Assembly: GCA_011364965.1 (NCBI GenBank)
Contig: RDOB01000002.1
Coordinates: 328,599-392,598 of the forward strand
DNA from: Candidatus Heimdallarchaeota archaeon
Lineage (GTDB): Archaea; Asgardarchaeota; Heimdallarchaeia; Hodarchaeales; Hodarchaeaceae
DNA: 64,000 bases
Reading direction: 5' to 3'
The notes under the pieces were generated by a model. The model made no database searches. It had not been told where the DNA came from and saw only the letters and a program-made list of their open reading frames with translations. Positions 58,668 to 64,000 of the stretch are shown one piece after another (position 1 is the first letter of the stretch; every line of letters starts with the position of its first letter). A program made the position numbers and the translations under genes.

Positions 58668-61600
58668 ATGTCCTTATTAATTCTCAAGATTATAAACCAT
58701 GAACTCTATCTAGGACGAGATATACGTTTGACTATTCAAGTAACCCAAAGATTAATTAAGAAGCGTACAGGCCAGATAGTCGTTCATAATCCTGATAAGC
58801 TTCTATCTGCTATTTATCGTGCTCAACAAAGCTTAGGAAAGGGGGATGAAAAACTTGCTGCTGCTATTGCGAAAGAAGTAGATCAAAAATTAGATGAAGA
58901 ATTCTTTTCAAAAAATATCATTCCTGATGTAGAGCAAATTCAAGACATTGTTGAAGAATTTCTTATGAACTGGGGTCTATTTGATGTAGCTAAAGCCTAT
59001 ATTGTTTATCGTCATGAAAGAACACGGATCAGGAATAAGCAGAATGTCATTATGGACGTCAAAGAAACCATTGAACAATATTTGGGTGTTGAAGAGGAAG
59101 GGAGAAGGAAAGATTGGCGAGTTAAAGAAAATGCTAACCAAGATTTTGATTATCCTGGATTGAATGCTTATATTTCTGGAAGTCATCTTGCTCGATATGG
59201 ATTATACACTCTCTACCCTCCCGAAATAGCTGAGGCACATGTTACTGGACATATTCACATTCATGATTTAAGCAACAGCATCGTTGGATATTGCGCAGGA
59301 TGGAGTCTGCAATTACTTCTACAAAAAGGATTTGGAGGAGTAAAAGGTAGAGTAGCATCCAGTCCACCAAAGCATTTGGATTCCGCAATTAATCAGATAA
59401 TAACCTTTCTTGGGACGTTACAGAATGAATTCGCTGGCGCACAAGCATTCTCGTCTGTAGATACTTTATTGGCACCATTCATTCGGCAAAGATTCAGTAA
59501 AAGCGTTGAAAAAATCCTAAGACAGACATTTTCTCTTAAAGCAAACGGAAATGTATATTTGCTATTAGATCTTCTTTATGGGTATAACAAAGGCACAAAT
59601 AATATAGAAACAATTCATAAACTACTTGAAAATCTCTATCCAGACATCATATTTTCAACTGAGTTACTAAATACATTTCTTCGGTCCTTTAACGAGGAAT
59701 ATGAGGAAAATGTTGCATTTATCAGGCAAAATATTCAAAATCTGATATATGCTGTTAATCAAACCTCCCGTTGGGGAGGACAGTGTGTTACCGAGGATAC
59801 TCAATGCTTAACTGATAATGGATGGAAATCTTACGACAAAATAGATCTTTTTCGTGATAAAATCGCAACATTTAATGGTAGGACTCATCTTATTGAATAC
59901 TTAAGTCCCCAGATGATTAACGTTTTTGATTATGATGATCAACTTATTAGTATTAAAAATCGCTCCCAAGATCAACTTGTAACTCCAAATCACCGAGTTT
60001 TAAGGAAGGTATTCAATACTGATCGGTTTGAATTAATAAAAGCTGATAAGTTGTCAAATTTTAAGACAAGGATTCAGATTCCTAATTCAGCAGTAACAAG
60101 CTCAGTTACAGAAATTGAAGATCACATCGTAGAATTAATCGCATGGCTTGTAAGTGAAGGTAGTTTCAGTACAGGTCCAAGAGAGAGAGTTCATATTTAT
60201 CAAAGTGCGAATAATATCAAGTATGTTCGTTCAATTCGTAAATGTTTGAGAAAGAACGGATTTAAATGGGATGAACAGAAAAGATTACATGGTTTTGCAG
60301 AACATGAGTTGATCAGGTTCAGACTGAATCAAGCTAGCTCTCGACGGGTAAGAAATATAATCAACAAAAAGAAAATCCCCAAATTTGTCAAAAACTTGTC
60401 AAAAAGGCAATTACGGTTATTCCTCGAAACATATGTTCAAGGGGATGGTCATATTGATGAGAAGGGGAGGATTAGAATTTACACTAAAGATGAAGATATT
60501 AAGAACTCCCTCCAGGAATTGTGTGTATTAGCTAGGTTTGGTTCTACGGTAAATGTGCAATCTAATGGAGTTTATACTATTAATATTATCAGGAATTCTA
60601 TTACAAATATCACAAAGATAACAAAAAAAGCTTATTCAGGAAAAGTTTGGTGTCCTACAACAACGAACGGGACCTTTGTTGCCCGAAGAAAAGATAAAAC
60701 TTTCATCACTGGAAACTCCCCATTTGTCAATTTATCCTTTGATTGGACTATTCCTTCAGATTTAGCTGACCAATATGCCATCATTTCTGGAAAAGCTTTC
60801 TCTAAAATTTTATATAAAGACTGTCAAACTGAAGTAGACATTTTCAATCGCGTTTTTATCGAGGAGATGTCTCGAGGGGACAAACATAATCGCGTTTTCA
60901 CCTTTCCAATACCAACTTATTCTATTACTCGAAATTTTGATTGGGATCATCCAAATGTCGATATATTGATGAAATTGACATCAAAATATGGAACCCCTTA
61001 CTTCCAAAATTATAGTGGATCAGGTTTAGAACCAAGCTCTATTCGTGCTATGTGCTGTCGCTTGAATTTAAATATTTTGGAATTGAAAAGTCGTCCTGGG
61101 GGAATGTGGAATATTGGTGATTCTACAGGATCAATTGGTGTTGTCACGATTAATCTAAATCGTTTAGGATATCAAGCGGTTAATGAAGACGATTTCTTCA
61201 ACCGCTTGAAAAAATATATGGAGATATCGAAGGTTTCTCTTGAGATAAAGCGAAAAGAAGTGAGTAGAAATCTCAAAAACGGAATGATGGCCTATGCACG
61301 TGAATATCTACCTCATGGTTTTAAAACCTATTTTTCTACTATTGGATTATGTGGTATGCACGAATGTTGTTTGAATTTTTTAGGTGAAGGGATAGAAACT
61401 GAAATAGGCAAGATTTTTGCACGAAAAGTGCTCAATTTTATGAGGGAGGTATGTGATGAATTTAAGAATGAAACAGGTAACCTTTACAATTTAGAGGCTA
61501 CTCCTGCAGAGAGCACATCATTTCGATTCGCAAAGCTTGATAAAAAGTACTATCCCACAATTATATGTTCAGGAACAATAGAAACTCCTTTCTTGACGAA

Positions 61601-62351
61601 TTCTACAAATTTACCTGTAAATGCCACAAATGATCTTATTGAGGCCATTGAGCACCAAAATGATCTTCAACCATTATACACCGGAGGAACTATGTTTCAT
61701 ACGTTTTTGGGTCAAGAAATTGACTCACGAACATGCACAAATTTAGTAAAACAAATCTCTGAAAAAACTTCACTTCCTTATTTTAGTATCACTCCCACTT
61801 TTTCAATTTGCACAGAACATAATTATATCAAGGGGAAGCATTTTGAGTGTCCTAAATGTGGAAAAGAAACTGAAGTTTACTCTCGAATTGTTGGATACTT
61901 TCGTCCTGTTTCAAAGTGGAATGATGGTAAAACTCAAGAATTTCATGAGAGAAAGGTTTTTGTTATATCAGATTCCCTATTATCAAATAAAGTGAGTAAA
62001 GAAGAACAACCTGAAATTAAAATACCAGAAAGCTCTAATTATCCTAATGATATTAAGAATAGCGGGAAAATTTCTATCTATAACAAAATCCTCGTATTTA
62101 CTTCACCCTCCTGTCCAAAATGTGCTCCTTTCAAGTCTATAATCTATCACACATTGGAATCAACATCTATTCATGAAATCAACACTACTACTACAGAGGG
62201 GATTGCATTAGCTGAAAAATTCATGGTGAGATCAGTACCTACGGCCATTGCGGTTTTAGATGATAAAGAAGTATGTAGATTTTCAAATTATTTAAGTTTG
62301 AATAAGCTTCTGCCTAGTTTGCAACAAAAAAGTGAACATAATGCTAGTTAG
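58668..62351 (+). CDS. nrdD: Anaerobic ribonucleoside-triphosphate reductase NrdD (class III) interrupted by an intein and carrying a C-terminal thioredoxin-like domain
   Basis: N-terminal ATP-cone. Mature extein C-terminus has the zinc ribbon CTEHN...CPKCGKE and glycyl-radical motif SRIVGYFRPV. Intein at codons 373-683. Extra C-terminal ~130 aa with ILVFTSPSCPKCAPFK ... VRSVPTAIAV, a Trx fold with a CxxC and a cis-Pro. Confidence 0.85.
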   Translation: MSLLILKIINHELYLGRDIRLTIQVTQRLIKKRTGQIVVHNPDKLLSAIYRAQQSLGKGDEKLAAAIAKEVDQKLDEEFFSKNIIPDVEQIQDIVEEFLMNWGLFDVAKAYIVYRHERTRIRNKQNVIMDVKETIEQYLGVEEEGRRKDWRVKENANQDFDYPGLNAYISGSHLARYGLYTLYPPEIAEAHVTGHIHIHDLSNSIVGYCAGWSLQLLLQKGFGGVKGRVASSPPKHLDSAINQIITFLGTLQNEFAGAQAFSSVDTLLAPFIRQRFSKSVEKILRQTFSLKANGNVYLLLDLLYGYNKGTNNIETIHKLLENLYPDIIFSTELLNTFLRSFNEEYEENVAFIRQNIQNLIYAVNQTSRWGGQCVTEDTQCLTDNGWKSYDKIDLFRDKIATFNGRTHLIEYLSPQMINVFDYDDQLISIKNRSQDQLVTPNHRVLRKVFNTDRFELIKADKLSNFKTRIQIPNSAVTSSVTEIEDHIVELIAWLVSEGSFSTGPRERVHIYQSANNIKYVRSIRKCLRKNGFKWDEQKRLHGFAEHELIRFRLNQASSRRVRNIINKKKIPKFVKNLSKRQLRLFLETYVQGDGHIDEKGRIRIYTKDEDIKNSLQELCVLARFGSTVNVQSNGVYTINIIRNSITNITKITKKAYSGKVWCPTTTNGTFVARRKDKTFITGNSPFVNLSFDWTIPSDLADQYAIISGKAFSKILYKDCQTEVDIFNRVFIEEMSRGDKHNRVFTFPIPTYSITRNFDWDHPNVDILMKLTSKYGTPYFQNYSGSGLEPSSIRAMCCRLNLNILELKSRPGGMWNIGDSTGSIGVVTINLNRLGYQAVNEDDFFNRLKKYMEISKVSLEIKRKEVSRNLKNGMMAYAREYLPHGFKTYFSTIGLCGMHECCLNFLGEGIETEIGKIFARKVLNFMREVCDEFKNETGNLYNLEATPAESTSFRFAKLDKKYYPTIICSGTIETPFLTNSTNLPVNATNDLIEAIEHQNDLQPLYTGGTMFHTFLGQEIDSRTCTNLVKQISEKTSLPYFSITPTFSICTEHNYIKGKHFECPKCGKETEVYSRIVGYFRPVSKWNDGKTQEFHERKVFVISDSLLSNKVSKEEQPEIKIPESSNYPNDIKNSGKISIYNKILVFTSPSCPKCAPFKSIIYHTLESTSIHEINTTTTEGIALAEKFMVRSVPTAIAVLDDKEVCRFSNYLSLNKLLPSLQQKSEHNAS
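59784..60716 (+). mobile_element. Intein (311 aa) with a LAGLIDADG homing-endonuclease domain, inserted in nrdD
   Basis: Block A CVTEDTQCLTDNGW follows extein ...RWGGQ. Block B VTPNHRVL. LAGLIDADG motifs ELIAWLVSEGSF and LFLETYVQGDGHI. The C-terminus ...FITGN is followed by Ser+1 (SPFVNL), with Gly replacing the usual penultimate His. Confidence 0.7.
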
Positions 62352-63072
62352 AGAGCTAAGAATACCATTAGCTGGTTTTGAATCTACTTCATTGATAGAC
62401 TATCCTAATGGAGAACTTTGTTCAGTTATTTTTTTGGGAGGCTGTAATTTCCGCTGTGGATATTGTCATAATCCAGATTTACTGAAACCTCCTGAGAGTT
62501 GGGACTTAATTGAGAATTTAGTACCGAAATTAAATTCCCGAAAAAAGTGGATTCAATCCTTGGTAATTAGTGGTGGGGAACCGTTAATGCACAGAGAATC
62601 ATTAGAGCTCATCAAGATCCTTGTTAATAATGGATTTAAGATTAAAATTGATACCAATGGAAGTTATCCTTCCCAATTAGAATATTTAATCAATAAAAAA
62701 TTAATAGATTATGTTGCATTAGATATAAAGACATCCCACGATAATTATGAGGAATTAGCGTTTCGGGGAGCTTTTGAAAAAGTCAAAACTAGTATTGAAT
62801 TACTTAAGTCTTCAACCAATTTAAATTATGAATTCAGAACCACTTTATGCCCAAAATTCATATCTAATGGAGATTTATTAGAAATTTCGAAGTATATCGA
62901 TGGTAAAAATTGGTATTGGCAGCAATACAATCCAAGAATCACATTAAATCCTAGCTTTTCAAATCTACAGCCATATTCTAAAGAAAAAATCCTTGAAATG
63001 CGAAGAAAAGTAATGCAGGAATTCAAAGGTAAACTTTTCATTCGCGGCGAACAAATAAATAATTCCTGTTAA
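62332..63072 (+). CDS. nrdG: Anaerobic RNR activating enzyme NrdG (radical SAM)
   Basis: CNFRCGYCHN radical-SAM CxxxCxxC. Size 246 aa. Overlaps the nrdD 3' end by 20 bp. Confidence 0.85.
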   Translation: MNIMLVRELRIPLAGFESTSLIDYPNGELCSVIFLGGCNFRCGYCHNPDLLKPPESWDLIENLVPKLNSRKKWIQSLVISGGEPLMHRESLELIKILVNNGFKIKIDTNGSYPSQLEYLINKKLIDYVALDIKTSHDNYEELAFRGAFEKVKTSIELLKSSTNLNYEFRTTLCPKFISNGDLLEISKYIDGKNWYWQQYNPRITLNPSFSNLQPYSKEKILEMRRKVMQEFKGKLFIRGEQINNSC

Positions 63073-63103
63073 AGTAATTATCCAATTCATCAGGAGGATT
63101 TAT

Positions 63104-63913
63104 ATGGATTCTGGTCTTCAAGGGAAGCATGCACTCATTACTGGAGCTGCTGGCGGGATTGGATCAACCATTGCAAGATTTCTTGCAAGGGAAGGCTGTA
63201 TACTTTCGCTTCATTATAATAAAGGAGGGACAATATGTAAAAAGTTGATTTCTGGGTTAGAAAATAAAGCTACTTGCTTTCAAGCTGACTTGAGATCCGA
63301 AGAAGATCTGATTGGGTTATTTAAGAATTCAATTGAGAAATATGGGAGAATTGATATATTGGTAATTAATCATGGAATATGGCCAGAAGATTATATTCCT
63401 ATTCTGGAAATGAGTTCTGAACAGTGGGATAATACGATCAGTATTAATTTGAGATCTGCTTTTTTATGTTGTCGTGAGTTCATGAAGAATCTTGAGTTTT
63501 TTACAGATGATTATGCCAGTATTGTACTAATTGGATCTACCGCTGCTGTATTCGGTGAGGCTGGACATGCTGATTACTCTATTTCGAAGTCTGGGATGCG
63601 AGGACTGATGCTTTCGTGCAAAAATGAAATTATACATGTTGCTTCTCGTGGTAGAGTTAATATGGTGTCACCTGGATGGACTATTTCTCCGATGACTGAG
63701 CAATTTATGGACAATAAAGACGGGATTCGTAATGTCTTACAAACTGTACCGTTGAGGAAAATTGCACGATCAGATGATATTGCGGAAACGGTGGTGTTTC
63801 TATCATCTTCCCTACTTGCTGGTCATATCACGGGCCAAGAGATTGTTGTTGCAGGTGGTATGGAGGGGAGAAAGTTATTTGAACCAGAAGAAATTAATAT
63901 AAACAAAATTTAG
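63104..63913 (+). CDS. Short-chain dehydrogenase/reductase (SDR)
   Basis: ITGAAGGIGSTIARFLA (TGxxxGxG), a NHG region, and a catalytic YxxxK in YSISK. Confidence 0.8.
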   Translation: MDSGLQGKHALITGAAGGIGSTIARFLAREGCILSLHYNKGGTICKKLISGLENKATCFQADLRSEEDLIGLFKNSIEKYGRIDILVINHGIWPEDYIPILEMSSEQWDNTISINLRSAFLCCREFMKNLEFFTDDYASIVLIGSTAAVFGEAGHADYSISKSGMRGLMLSCKNEIIHVASRGRVNMVSPGWTISPMTEQFMDNKDGIRNVLQTVPLRKIARSDDIAETVVFLSSSLLAGHITGQEIVVAGGMEGRKLFEPEEININKI

Positions 63914-64000
63914 ATATTGTTGAATCTTCAAGAAACCAACTCTTTCGTTACAACCGGTAAGTCAAGTTTCAGTCCATTATAAACAGCTGGAACCTGTGAC

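Noticed and set aside
62332-62351. A possible frameshift or pseudogene at the nrdD/nrdG 20-bp overlap.
   Set aside because: Both ORFs are full length with intact motifs. A short overlap is common for translationally coupled genes.
1-64000. CRISPR arrays, IS elements, transposases, integrases and prophage genes.
   Set aside because: I saw no regularly spaced direct repeats and no ORFs with transposase or integrase motifs. The only mobile element recognised is the nrdD intein.

Overview
This 64-kb window looks like a low-GC (roughly 33-35% by eye) archaeal chromosomal segment. The archaeal call rests on Orc1/Cdc6, RadA, a THEP1-type NTPase, a RIO kinase, a DRG-type GTPase and an archaeal-style NrdD/NrdG. 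Coding density is high, and I found no rRNA, tRNA, CRISPR array, transposase or integrase. The main blocks are as follows. (1) A carbohydrate and housekeeping stretch carries GH57, an M20 peptidase, an orphan beta-class DNA methyltransferase, an epimerase, a response regulator, HAD hydrolases, Dus and a DRG-like GTPase, followed by a wHTH regulator with a GH3 beta-glucosidase. (2) A SERCA-like Ca2+ P-type ATPase sits next to an M48 protease that carries an EF-hand-like loop. (3) A tightly packed minus-strand operon encodes a long coiled-coil/wHTH protein, a MoxR AAA+ ATPase and a VWA protein. (4) A complete group-4 membrane-bound [NiFe] hydrogenase locus of the Mbh/Ech type carries Mrp-antiporter-like modules. 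HypF and HycI lie upstream and HypC and HypE downstream, but no HypD is present in the window. (5) An amidohydrolase and a 2-hydroxyacid dehydrogenase follow. (6) A two-gene unit encodes a CBS-membrane protein and a very unusual membrane protein with an RGG-rich and Trp/Arg-rich N-terminus and C-terminal zinc ribbons. (7) Orc1/Cdc6 sits beside a 510-bp AT-rich intergenic region that is a candidate oriC. (8) A RIO kinase, a ~0.7-kb ORF-free gap, RadA with an N-terminal extension, a THEP1 NTPase and GlpK follow. (9) Two paralogous 4-hydroxybutyryl-CoA dehydratase-like genes flank an IMPase, a CobW-type GTPase and a PAS histidine kinase. (10) The class III anaerobic ribonucleotide reductase NrdD is interrupted by a 311-aa LAGLIDADG intein and is fused at its C-terminus to a thioredoxin-like CPKC domain, followed by NrdG and an SDR. 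The best candidates for undescribed biology are the coiled-coil–MoxR–VWA operon, the RGG/W-rich zinc-ribbon membrane protein, the NrdD–intein–thioredoxin fusion and a DRG GTPase with degenerate G-motifs. Placing the segment in a Lokiarchaeia-like Asgard archaeon is only a weak inference. All calls come from reading the translated ORFs and the DNA by eye; no database searches were run.
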